Made by a program: the position numbers and the translations under genes | The notes under the pieces: generated by a model | Database searches by the model: none | What the model saw: only the letters and a program-made list of their open reading frames with translations | Told to the model about the DNA's origin: nothing | Assembly (NCBI GenBank): GCA_022813965.1 | Contig: JALDZS010000016.1 | Coordinates: 186,001 to 220,076, forward strand | Reading direction: 5' to 3' | Origin: Toensbergia leucococca | Taxonomy: Eukaryota | Length of the DNA: 34,076 nucleotides | In this document: positions 1 to 11,575 of the stretch, piece after piece | Numbering within the stretch: position 1 is the stretch's first letter | How the letters are laid out: every line of letters begins with the position of its first letter

Positions 1-560
1 GTACCAGTCTTCTTTGTCTTATTCGGGGTATTACCGCTCAGTCCGACGAATCCGTTATTATCACAGCAGTTAATGAGACCCTCTTTACAGGCCCCACAGG
101 TCCCATCGTATATGATGGGTTGGACCACGATCCTTGCGCCTACCTTGAGGTCGTCAATTCCTTCCCCAACCTCCTCCACCACTCCACTGAACTCATGACC
201 CAGTGTGAGCGGGACACTTTCTCCGGTGATGGGGTGGGGGGTTGTTGGCATGATGTTGGCGCCTCCAAGGTATTCATGAAGGTCTGGAGCATTTTTTCTT
301 TAGTGAGGATTGATGGCGCCAAGTAGATGCAAGCTCGACTTTTTGACATACCAGTGCCACAGATGCCTACAAAAGCGGGCTTGATCTAGATAGAGCATGC
401 TTGGTTAATATTTTCCTTGGCCCCCTGGGAAAAGCACAATGTAATCCCCTACCTTTACTTGGCCTTTGCCACAGGTTGGCACGTCTACCTCATCTAGGCG
501 GATGTCCTTCTGACCATGGAATCTTAGGGCCTTCATCTTTGTCACGGAAATGGAAGGCAT
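1..560 (-). CDS. Zn-dependent medium-chain dehydrogenase, (R,R)-butanediol dehydrogenase-like; 5' part only, runs off the window. Exons 560(or 536)-453, 385-352, 283-35
   Basis: Spliced translation MPSISVTKMKALRFHGQKDIRLDEVDVPTCGKGQVK/IKPAFVGICGT/DLHEYLGGANIMPTTPHPITGESVPLTLGHEFSGVVEEVG...CGACKEGLINCC. It has the catalytic-Zn GICGTDLH and GHE motifs and the structural-Zn Cys cluster; introns are GT..AG. Confidence 0.88.
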
Positions 561-878
561 GCTGTTTTTCTTTTTTTTCTTTTTTTTCTTTTTTTTTTTG
601 CAGTTGATGAACACTGTAATTTCTTACAGTCGTAAAGATTCAATTGATCAGGACAAGTCCTAACTGATCATTGGATTGCTAGGACTACCTACCTTTGCAA
701 AAGGCTTTATTGCCTGTATCCGTGCTTTTGTAATTATCCGTACTTGAGGCTGGGGCGAATTCAACCCCGCTTAAGGCTGGGTTTTTATGCAATTGCGGGG
801 TATCCGTATCCGTATCTTACTAGAATACCCATTTTTCCGGCGCGACTTTCCTCGCCAACCTAACTCTCCTCTCCCAGG

Positions 879-996
879 ACCCTCTGCCTAAGGAAGCGTG
901 GACAGTCACAGTCATGGTATCTACTCACTCAGAAGATATGATAATGATGATCTAAAGCAGATATGTATGTAAGTTATAATATACTTGATATTATTT
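879..996. repeat. Left arm of a ~115 bp imperfect inverted repeat (partner at 4602-4715)
   Basis: ACCCTCTGCCTAAGGAAG..ACAGTCACAGTCATGGTATCTACTCACTCAGAAGATA..AAAGCAG..TATTATTT aligns to the reverse complement of 4602-4715 (ACTCTCTGTCTAAGAAAG..ACAGTCACAGTCATGATATTGACTCACTCAGGAGATA..AAAGCAG..TATTATTT). Many mismatches are transitions. Confidence 0.8.
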
Positions 997-1011
997 GGCT
1001 CCTGCTATTGC

Positions 1012-1564
1012 GACGCCCCTTCTTGCTACATCGACACCCCCCCCCACCATACCCGATTAGGCCCCGGGCGCGATATCACCGAGGGAAATGTTATCATTCT
1101 ACACCACATCTTACCTCGATTCTCTACCACTTTGCAAGTCAATTACCTGTTCCAATTGCGTGCCATCTAGAAGCCAAATTACCTAGGGAATCTTCATACT
1201 TTTCCACCTCATTGCGACTTGATTTTCCACCCCATTTCGACTCGATTTGGCACCCCATCCGACCATGGGATAACAGGGTGTTTCATGATTTTGGAACGAG
1301 GTAGATAGCTTGCAAAATCACGATGTTTTTGCGCTCAGGGAGGTGATCGTGCGCCTGAGGGTAAGGGAATCAAGTCAGGATGTGGTACAAAAGCATTGGT
1401 TTTCTCCTGAGTAATTTGGCTTCTAGATGGCACGCAAATGAGACAAGTAAATGGCTTGCGAATGTGATAGGGAATTGAGGCAAGATGTGGTTGCGAAATG
1501 ATGAAATTTCCCTCGGTGGTATTGCGCCCGAGGGGGGGGTGTCCTTGTATCAAAAGGGGGTGTC
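1012..1564. mobile_element. Fold-back / MITE-like element: ~210-220 bp imperfect inverted arms (about 1012-1232 and 1355-1564) around a ~120 bp spacer
   Basis: Perfect 27 bp inverted match at 1156-1182 / 1411-1437 (TTGCGTGCCATCTAGAAGCCAAATTAC). Co-linear similarity extends to CACCGAGGGAAAT and GACACCCCCC at the outer ends. No credible ORF and no TSD identified. Confidence 0.65.
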
Positions 1565-1954
1565 CTGGTATCAATTCCCTACCGGAAATACATAGAACCA
1601 TCGTATCATGTCTCCATGTGTTCCTTATCTCAGGCGAGCCAGCATTCGCGATTGGCTCTGCCTTGACTGGACGTGGGGCTGCTGGATAAATATTCGGAGT
1701 TCTAAACGACCCCCCTGGACTTGAAAACACCATTCCAGCCAAAAGCACCCTCGCTGACTTTGTGTCGCCTCAGCTCATAAGAGCATGCTCAAGGACTACG
1801 ACGGAGAAGAAGGTCAAGCTCACCACAATACACTTCAGCGACTATCCTTGAGCTGTCGTCACAGCTTCAACTCGAAGTAATGTTTGTACGCCTCCGAGCA
1901 TCTTTCTTGGCCGCATTCTTTTGATGAGGGAGTCATCGATCCACGCCCAATAAC

Positions 1955-3881
1955 ATGGACGACTTGATCGATTTTTTCAAACTCGATACAGAAACCCATC
2001 CTCTGTACACCCAACATACTGTTTACGAGCCAGTCCTAGAACAGCCAGATCGCAGGGTAGTCGAGAGATGGGTTCCAAAAAAAAAACTTGGACAAGGCGG
2101 GTGTGGTGTCGTATACCTCGAAGAAGAGCAGTTTCAAGGCAAAGCAAGGGCTGTGAAGAGAATAGACAAAGCTTCGGGACTTGACTATAAGAAGGAACTC
2201 TCGGCTATTGCCAAATTCTCAAAAGTACGAGATTTTCTATTTGGCTTCAACCCCTATGAAGATGAAATGTCGCAGCAGACCATACACCCTCAAACGCTAA
2301 GCTCCAATTCAGTATCGGCAATTTGCCCAATTCTATGGCTGGTATGACGACAAAGACAGTGTATTCTTTGCCATGGAATATTTCAAGCACGGTGATTTGC
2401 GAAGTGCGATTACGGCGTCAATTACCGAAGACGAAGCTAGAGATATCACAAGACAATTGCTCGAGGGTCTGCGAGTCATGCATGAAAACGGATTTACGCA
2501 TCGCGATATGAAACCAGAGGTTGTTACAATAGAGCCATAGAAAGTAGAGAAACTCGCTGACTCTCGAGTTATAGAACGTCTTCGTTGTTGCCAAGTCTCC
2601 CAACTGGGTTGTCAAGATTGGCGATTTTGGAATTTCAAAGAGAGTACATGGTAATGACACGGCACTCAGAACTCGAGTCGGCACATATACCTACATGGCG
2701 CCAGAATTGCTCTATTACGTGGATGACAGCATAGATACGGATGTTTACTCTAATGCAGTTGATATGTGGTGCTTAGGTTCTATCGTTTATGAGATTCTTA
2801 CCATGAAGAAGCCATTTCCAAAAACTAGGCTACTCAAGACATATTGTGCGCACAAAGCAGATTATCCGACAGAACCCTTGACGGTAAAAGGCATTAGCAA
2901 CGAAGGAATTGATTTCATAAAGAAATTAATGGATCCGATGCCTACAGAGCGCTTAACGGTATTTACAGCTCTTCATGCGGCTTGGCTCGCAAGAGATCAC
3001 ACATCTCAGGGTCCTGAAGATGGCGTATTGAAAGAGAGCCTACCAAAACGGTCAAAAGCAGAGCAAGAGAGATTTGATAAAGAGAAATTGGAGAAGGAGA
3101 TTTTCAAAATTGTCAGAAGGGTAAGAGAATTACAAGGGAAAGACTCTGCTACCAATCGCTTGAATCCCAAGTCTTACGAGATCAAAAAAGAAAATGAAGT
3201 TTACAATGCTTCGTTGACTGGCTTTCCCAGTAAGCAACTGATAAAGATGGAAGCCACAGATGGCGAATCTGCCTACAGAGTATGGAAGCCTGATTTTCCT
3301 AGACTTGGCCAAGGGACGTTAGAGGATGCTTTCCAGCTGCGCCCTCTTCCAGTTTCCTTGGTACTCGGCTCTTCGGCAGTTCATGAGAGATATCCAAGTC
3401 GCTTTATCCCCGGCACCACATATACGTCTCGTGCTCTGCTGCCCTTTGACCTATGTGAGCATGAACGAGCGGTTTGCTGCCGGCTTCGCGAGACCTCTAA
3501 ATGCTGTGCCTGCAGAGATGACAGAGCTTATCAGTCTTCCTATATTATGTTCTTAGCCCAGACAGGGGATATCTCACAAGTGACAGGGCAGCTAGGATAT
3601 TGCCGGGAATGTAGAAGTTCGTAACTATCCTGCATACTTTCTTTTACACTCTAACATTTACCCGGTGTTCAGTCTTTTGGGCTACAAAGCCGGAAGATCT
3701 CTTCTCACTAATATTCGGTCGAAGAATTCCATTGGATAAGAGCACCTCGATAAGAAGAATGAGCAAAGCGAGAGATGCCGTTACTGAGCGCAGTCGAAGT
3801 CCTTCCGCTTCTAGGAAAAGGCAGCGAGGAACGGATAAATGGGGTTTGTCCTTAATGCTGTTATCCGCGCTGGTCTTGTGA
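1955..3881 (+). CDS. Ser/Thr protein kinase (~575 aa) with C-terminal Cys-rich module. Exons 1955-2224, 2313-2519, 2575-3616, 3673-3881; if the last intron is not used the ORF stops at 3624
   Basis: After splicing: GQGGCG glycine loop, RAVK lysine, HRDMKPEN catalytic loop, DFG, MAPE, DMWCLG. Introns have GT donors, CTAAG/CTGAC/CTAAC branch points and AG acceptors. Confidence 0.9.
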
Positions 3882-4275
3882 TTTCGTGAGACGCGGAGAC
3901 GAGGCAAATCATATTGGGTGATTTCCGGGTTTAAGGGCTGGAGCTTGATTGAATAACGAGCCCACGCGTTCACGACCTGAAGTTTCAAATTCTATTCTAG
4001 CAGGGCGTCTCGAGACAAAAGGGAGTTTCTGTTCTATATTTCTGAATTTTTTTATGAGATGCGAGCTTCTCTCTATCATTTTTCTCCCTAGAGTACAAAG
4101 TCGAGCCAGAAAACATTTCAAAAATGAAGCGCCGTTACTCCGTAGCCAGCATCTAAATACAGGTGAGATGATTAGGTAGACCCTGAGCTGATTGACCCGC
4201 TAGATGAATAACTCTTTCAAATTCAGCCCTACTATCCTTCAAAAAATACTTGTGTGGTGTGTGTAGTCCTAGACG

Positions 4276-4759
4276 AAGGGAATTGACCCTCTGAGCTTTT
4301 GTGTATATTAATGATATTAATAATAGAAGTGAAAAGATCAAGATGTTTTTAATACATGACTACTGTCACTATGTTGGCAGTTCTACTTGAATCTGAGGCT
4401 ACAGTCACTACATAGCAACAGTAGTAAAAAGACCTCAATTTTTTTTTTTACAGATGTTGAGAGTTATCAGTTGAGTTTGACTATCAAATGAGTTATGAAA
4501 AAAAATGAATGATAATCATCTACATAAAATGATGAGGGAGAGAGGGTGATAAAACCTATTATTTTCATCAAATGATAATGAGATAACATTAACATTGAAG
4601 TAAATAATATTGAGTGTAACCTACATTAAATACATTTTCTGCTTTTGTTCATTGTTATCTCCTGAGTGAGTCAATATCATGACTGTGACTGTGACACCTT
4701 TCTTAGACAGAGAGTGATATGATAAATCTATGTATTTTCAGTATTCAGTAATACTGACA
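4276..4759. repeat. AT-rich, CpG-free tract, probably a decayed repeat relic; contains the right inverted-repeat arm (4602-4715)
   Basis: I found no CG dinucleotide across ~480 bp while TG/CA are abundant. Part of the tract is homologous to 879-996. Confidence 0.6.
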
Positions 4760-5298
4760 CGTTGAGCAGAATTTAATTCAATTCAAGTTTAATTGATTCT
4801 GCGTGAAAACTATATCACCGTCTTAAGGAATCGTGTTCTCAGATGATAGACGGACTATGTAAGACTGATATCTTACGTGACAGATCATACGGCATGCCCC
4901 CGCTCAAGCACCCCCCACCCAATTAGAAATAGGCGGCAAGACAGCGTTGGGTAAGTTGCACTCTCAACAGATCACTTAAATATCTCGAGTAAAAAGAAGT
5001 GTGGGGATGGTGTATATGAGAGGTTTTATTTTTACACTCTACTTAAATATATGGGATCTCTTCTATTCAACTTACACCAACCAAGCTTATGAATTAGGGA
5101 TTAGGCAGAGAAAGGTAAAAAAAAAAGCTCAAAAACACTCCAACATGTCAGCATCAAAATGTTTTATCCACGCCTTCTAAACCCCAACCCTAACCCAGTC
5201 ACCAACGTAAAATTCAATTGTCAAGAAACACTAAAACAGCTCAGGCACACCAGCCTCTCACCTGCCAGTTAGCTCATACAGAGAACGCTTTTGATTTT

Positions 5299-7670
5299 CT
5301 ACAATCCCGAATCAATCTGATCAACCACAGTAGTATTGGTGTAAGCAGACCAGTCTCTGCATTGCTGGTACGAAGTCGATGGAATGGCGAGGTTAGAGAC
5401 ATCGTTCGGGCGTTCGAGGAAATTGACGTGGAGGCCTGCGGACACGTGCCAGACTATGTGGCAGTGGAAGGGCCAGACGCCGGGATTGTCGAGGTTCCAT
5501 TGAATTATCTGTTTGTGGGCGAATGTGCTCAGTAGTTGCAAGACTTGGAGTGGGGGAAGTGAGGATGATTGTAGAATTTTCCTAAGAGGACTTACTAGGT
5601 AGCCACTTGCAGGCATGAGGGCAACATCGCGGCGCTGAGGGTTATTGGCGTTAGTTATTGTGTTTCCGTCCCAGGAGCCTGTACCAGTTTGAAGGACCCA
5701 CCTAAAGGGAAGGACGTTAGTATGATGGATAAACGAGGAATTGCAAAACAGCATACATGTTGTGGCCATGAAGATGCATAGGATGAGAAGTCGGGGTGAG
5801 ATTCTTGACATAGATGCGGACCGAGGCGACTTGGTGGAGATTGACTACATTCCATGAAGGGTTATAGACGTAGGTTTGGTTTCCCGTCTTGGCCAGGAGA
5901 AGGAGAGGATTATTATAGTCGCCGTGAAAGGTTTCATTATTCATTAGCCAATTAAGGTGACCGGTAGAATTGACGGCGAAGTTGACGTCAATCTCTTTCG
6001 TGGTAGAGGGTGTACCCGGAGTCATGGAGTAGAAAGGAACGGTCTCTGTAAGAGGGTCATTTGCGCAAGGATCAGTAGTGTCGACGTGGGCGACGGATGT
6101 CGGCTTGGAAGAAGTATTGGCGTGCTGGTAATATATGACAGCAAGTGCGTACGGTTGATGAGCTGGTTCCGTGCACTGGCCGCCCTGGGAGATTGTAGAA
6201 CGCATCCAGAATGCACCATTCGACGGGCCAGTGGCCTCTACGATAACATCGGTACGTTGAGCAACCTGATAAGATGATTAAAAAGGAGTCCAACCTACTC
6301 AGTGCTGTGAACTTACCGCAAGAGTCACAACGTTGGTGGTGTATGGCTGAACAGGTACGAAATCATTGGCCATGACTGTCATGGTATGGTTGTCAATGCT
6401 GAACTTCTGAATAGCTGCACCACTCGTATTGATCAATCGTAGTCTATGCTTTTTGCCGGCCGTGAACTTGAACTTGGCTAGACCTGCGTTGTTTGTGCAT
6501 GGGACGCCGTTGGTGACATTTGAGCAGTCAAAGTTCATCTTGCCATTGATGAGATTATTGTCTGATGCTGGTCTGACTTTGGTAAGATCGTTTCCCATTA
6601 CATCTTCAAGAATACTAAAGTAATCTCGGTGATAGTAATCCGAGAGTGTTACAGGGCCGACGTCAATATCGTATGCAACATTCTTAGGTCCGTGAACGAT
6701 CAAAGGGCCCCATAAACCGCCGGCGTATTGACCGGAATAATGTGAGTGATACCATGTGGACCCGTAAAGACTGGCTTTGAAGCTATAGGTGTGCGTGGCA
6801 CCAGGCGCGATTGGGCACTCGGAAACAGCTGGAACGCCATCCTCCCATTGCGTCTGCGATTGCAAAAGACCATGCCAGTGCAACGTAGTGCCTTCGGCGG
6901 GATTGGAAATCTGATTGTGCACAGTCACCTGAATAGTATCTCCCCAATTCGCTTCGATAAGGGGCTACAGAGGTATTGTCAGTTGATTGACGGGCGGGAT
7001 AACGCTTGTGGAGGTCTTACACCGGGGAATTGGCCGTTAATTAAAATTGAAGACTTTTGGTAACCATCAGGAGCAATCAAAGCTCGGGCTATGGTGAGAT
7101 CGTAGGATCGGACAACGCCGGTATTAGGAGCAGAACTGTAGGGATTTGTATTCGACGCAGTTAATGAACCCCAGGGATATCCATTTGTCAGGGGCTGATC
7201 GCTATTAGACGGGTAGTTCTTGAATTACAGAACGTCTAGAGCACCGCATCTCATCATGCAAGTATCAAAGTCGTGGCTTGCAGTAGCACAGCAATTTCTT
7301 TCGACACATAAACATAAGAGGAAATGGAGAGAAATATTGGCTGACTCTTGGTACAACAGAGTAATGAAGAACGCAAAATCATTAAAAACAAAGAGCTATA
7401 GAACATGCAAACGAGTGACATTATTTTCTCGGGCAAGGACGGTGGTGACTGATAGAATTGGACTTGGAACTTACGTTATTGGTCAGGAAATCTGCAATGT
7501 CGGGTGCCTGGAGAGTGCCCAACAGACTACCACCTTTATACCATAGCGATTAGAAGTGTACGTAGTAAAGGCTCATTGTCAGAATGGAGCTTACCATTAG
7601 TTTTCGTCTGTGAAAGTGCAGTAATAATGGCCGTTCCATTCTGCAGTAACGAATTGATTAGACTCCCCAT
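5299..7670 (-). CDS. Laccase / multicopper oxidase (AA1, ascomycete type), ~593 aa. Exons 7670-7595, 7533-7475, 7194-7021, 6964-6317, 6265-5757, 5701-5596, 5508-5299
   Basis: All four Cu-binding signatures are present: HWHG, WYHSH, HPMHLHGH, HCHIVWHVSAGL (Leu axial position). C-terminal DSGL plug is typical of ascomycete laccases. The exon lengths sum to an open frame. Confidence 0.95.
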
Positions 7671-10238
7671 GTTTACTATTAGATTAGTTGTCAATGATGG
7701 ATTAAGATTATGAAGGATATCAGTCAAAAGGAAGGGACATTGCCAACAGCATATAAACAGATTCAACTACGCCTCTCAGGAAGTGACGGCTGGACTGACA
7801 TGACAGACTACTCGAAGATAGTCTGATTACCATGGACGGCTCATGATATAGAATGATCGAGATGAAGGCAAAGAAAGACTAGTAGGATTAACACGAGGGC
7901 AAGCACGCTCTCATTCAACATGCCCGTACGAATTGCCCGAATGGCTAGAAATGTGGACTTGTACAGGGCATATGACATTGAATGAGCCGCTGGCTTGCTC
8001 AAACATGATGTATCTCGACCGGTGCCGAGCCTAATGCACTGAGAAATAGGAGATGGCAGCTGGATTGAGAGTGTCATCATGCACATGGCCGCAATCGGAA
8101 GTAATTGTGGCTGTGAAGGCTAGCCAGGTAAGCATAACCGTGGATCAATGATCATCAAGTAGGTAGTTTCAATCCATCTAGACGGTTGAGTCTCTTCGGT
8201 CAACGGATCTTGCAGGTCGCTTATCTTGTGAGATCTATCCAAGCAAGATGAGATCTAGAGGCGAGAGACATGTGACATGTAGCTAGCAGTTGTCATTTGT
8301 GCAGGACGCAGAAGTAGAAGTAGGTAGGTAGTGATGAAACGAGATACTCGATATGTCTCGAACCTGGCGAGAACTACCTGGTGTGGTTCGTAGCAGGTCG
8401 CCTGGTCTCGCGTCGAGGTCGAGTATGAATGGTGTGAGGGTGGTTTGGTGCGTGGGGGTTAGGTCGAGGCATGAGCACGCACGTGATATTCCACGCTAGA
8501 TCAATCAGAGCTAAGGTACCTAAGGTACCTTATTCTAGCACATCAAGGCTCATCTCAAGCGAGTATTCTATTCCAATTGGCGAGCTTGGCTGCCTCGGCC
8601 GCTTGACCTTGCCGTCGCTTGGCTCGCCGTACGCGAACTCCTATCTCAGACTTTGGCTCCGTATCCTAAGAGCAAGGTAGACCATCCTATTCCTGCCACG
8701 ACCATCGTCCCAATTCGCGGTACTCTTCTTGTCGTGGTATGCCCCCATTGCTCCTAGATGCGAGCCGGATCAGTCATCGCAGGGATGGCCGTTGTGCTTG
8801 CTATCGTTACGAATCGGAGTTATGGAGAAAGCTTGACCCTGATGCTAACGCATGATTAGTATCCTTGAATCAACAAGACATCCATACCAGACGTGCATAA
8901 TCTATTACTACATCAAGCACATCCATCTCGCCCATCCAAGCTTTGGTTCATCTTTGATCAATCAATCCAGCTAGACTAGCCAATTTAGCCAATCTTCCCT
9001 CCTGTAACAAGGGGCGAAGTTCTCGGCATTTCGCAGCTGGACCCTGCCAAGACATCACGCCTTGCAAGGCCATGGGATATATTCAAGTGTACCTTAGGTA
9101 TTGGTACGCTTCTTCAGAGAACTAGCACAGCCATATTGATGCCTTTCGAGCGGTCAAGGGCAAAAGGTCTTCTTCCCCTGGTGCCGGTATACTATGTACT
9201 TGTCATCATTATCACATGAAATTCGCCACCTGGTTTTCAATCGAGCCTGGCTGATGTGTTTGAAGAGCATAAGGCATTTGTTGGAGTAGTCTGGCCTGGC
9301 CTCTTCATCACCTTGGCTGCATACGGCCCGATTCGGAGGTTGTCTGAATAACACAGACTAGGTAGCAAAGGAAGACATGCAATTCTGGTTTTTGGCTGAA
9401 ATCAAAAAGAGAGACATGCACGTGGTACATCCGACATCAGCCACTGTGCAGCCACCACGTGTCTGAACATTCCTGTCGCATGCCAGCGTATGCTAGCTGG
9501 TGCGAATCTCCTAATGCAAGATATTTCCTTTTGCTGTACAGCTTATGATTCAGCTTCAGGATCGAACGCAAGGTGCGTGACGTGCTAAGGCCGACGAGTT
9601 CTGTCGTTTTTAGATGGAATATTATGAAGCTAGGATTCTTGGATGTTCTAGGAGTGACAGGTTCGATCTAGAGGGAAGTGTAATTGGGAAGTCAATGACC
9701 CTTGCAGACTTCCCATACGCTTGGTTCACTGATAAAGATGATCCTAGCCACTATTACAGTGATCTGGTCAACAGGCCAGATGCACAAAGCAGAGATGACC
9801 GAATGACCTGAAGCGATTTGGACTTTTGCATGGTGAGCCCCGCGCAAGATTGGTACGACTTTCAAATACATGTCGAAGAGAGAGATAAACTCATTCTCCT
9901 ACCATTCCGAGCCAGATGAGAACGTGTACAGAGTGTCAGTTGGTCCGTCGTGGATTTGAATCAAATCTGTACTCATGATGGTAGGATGTGCGCATCATAG
10001 ACTCTGAAAGATGTAACAGTATAGCAATTGTGATACATAGGTCATAATTGATTGGGTATGCAAGATCATATAGATGTGGCGAAGTGGAGGAGGTAGAAAA
10101 GGATAATTAGAAATCACGGTTGAACCAAACATACAATGGGTAATAATACGAGTGTAATCTAAGTATCAGTATAGTACAATACCTGGGACAGGGGTGATTT
10201 CCGGCAACTGCTAGGTACTGCTGCTGCTGCTGCCACCA

Positions 10239-10315
10239 CTGCACTCTGCACTCTGCACTCTGCACTCTGCACTCTGCACTCTGCACTCTGCACTCTGCAC
10301 TCTGCACTCTGCACT
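10239..10315. repeat. Heptanucleotide microsatellite (CTGCACT)x11
   Basis: 11 perfect tandem copies, preceded by a short (CTG)n run. Confidence 0.97.
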
Positions 10316-11575
10316 ACTGCTGCATGACAGATTCCGAAATGTCAAGGGCCAAGAACGAGAATAAATGCAAGCTTGCCTTCTACTTCTCATCAAAGCATGA
10401 CATTCCTCCTGGATGACCGACCCGCAAGCAGTACCGCATACAGAAAGCTGATGATGACCGCCAAGGAACAAGCATCCTTCCAGCTTCTCCGCCTTATTGT
10501 CTGCTGCGTGGCTGTGGAGCCTGCAGACTGCAGACTTCCTCTATATTGTTGGCAAAATCCTCCTTGCTTCCGCCCTTGCATTATTTAGCCAATTCTTGTG
10601 TTAATCTCCGAAAACATGCGCCGAGAGGTGCATAGGTGCATGAGTCGTCTTGATCCCGAATATCAATAACGCTCTACTTGTGGCGAGCATCGCAAACACG
10701 AGGCTAGTAGATGAATCGCCAGATGGCGATGAGGCTGAGTTCTTTGGCTTCATTGTTCATTGTATTCGCCTAGGCAGAATCCCGAGTATGATATTTCTGT
10801 TTTCTCTCGAGTCGGCAGGACCCGTATACAATTCTTCCCTCCAAGATCGCACAGCAGCCATTCAAGGCAAAAGCCTCATTGCCTCCTTCATTCTCACCAG
10901 CTTGACCGACACATTCGCCGAGTATATTCCGCCTAGGCAGAGCATTATCATTTCTGCCCACAAAGGCGCTTCGATAATGATACTCATTGCCACAACCATT
11001 GTCAGGAAATATTTCGGCCAGGTCGTGACTCCGTTTAGGTAATATAAGGACAAGTTAGTAGCCATTTCCCATGGGGCCGAACAAAGCAACATCAGTCACC
11101 AGATTCGTTCTGCAATGGCCGCCATACCCCACTCAACCTCTAAAAAGTCACCCTAGCGCCTTTCAAAGTATACAGATTCTGTTCTTTCTAGGGCCCCGAC
11201 TCATTTCATCGGCACCATCTTCATTGCAGAGGGTAAGTGCCTGAGTCCCATCCCGTCCTCAATAAACAAAAATCATCAATAAAGCAAGGCGTATGAATAC
11301 AGTTCACGGGATCTCAATGGAAACTTCCCCACCGCGGGTGTCAACGCGAAATGCAAAGATGAGAAATGGCGGTGGCGGGTTTTTCTCTCAGTAGAACAGA
11401 TCAGTTCTTGCTCAAGGGTGGGTTCAACGGGTTGCACTGTATATACATGAAACGTATCAATCTACATAACCTGCGTCGATATTCAATCAAATGGAACAAG
11501 CCATACAGCTGAACTAGGTTAGTCCTCAACTAACAACAGTAAAGTTCCTTTTGATAAAGTTGTCGATCATCCATC

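Noticed and set aside
8511..8532. TAAGGTACC tandem/palindrome; also (AGGTATGGATTC)x2 at 20757-20780 and an ACACTGA-type triplet at ~19649-19675
   Set aside because: Short local duplications of a kind common in fungal intergenic DNA, with no independent support for function.
9572..9811. Possible short intron followed by a 65 aa ORF (MEYYEARILG...)
   Set aside because: The intron would be only ~41 nt, with no convincing upstream exon or recognisable protein.
10239..10315. Tandem repeat considered as a CRISPR-like or telomeric array
   Set aside because: No spacers, eukaryotic context, and the unit is not TTAGGG-like.
10107..10471. ORFs with repeated QSAECRV peptide
   Set aside because: Translation of the (CTGCACT)11 microsatellite.
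10650..11092. Overlapping ORFs 10650-11042 (+; QGKSLIAS faintly Walker-A-like) and 10862-11092 (-; hydrophobic)
   Set aside because: No complete P-loop or other motif, a non-ATG start for the + ORF and no coherent exon chain, so neither a gene nor a pseudogene can be supported without a homology search.
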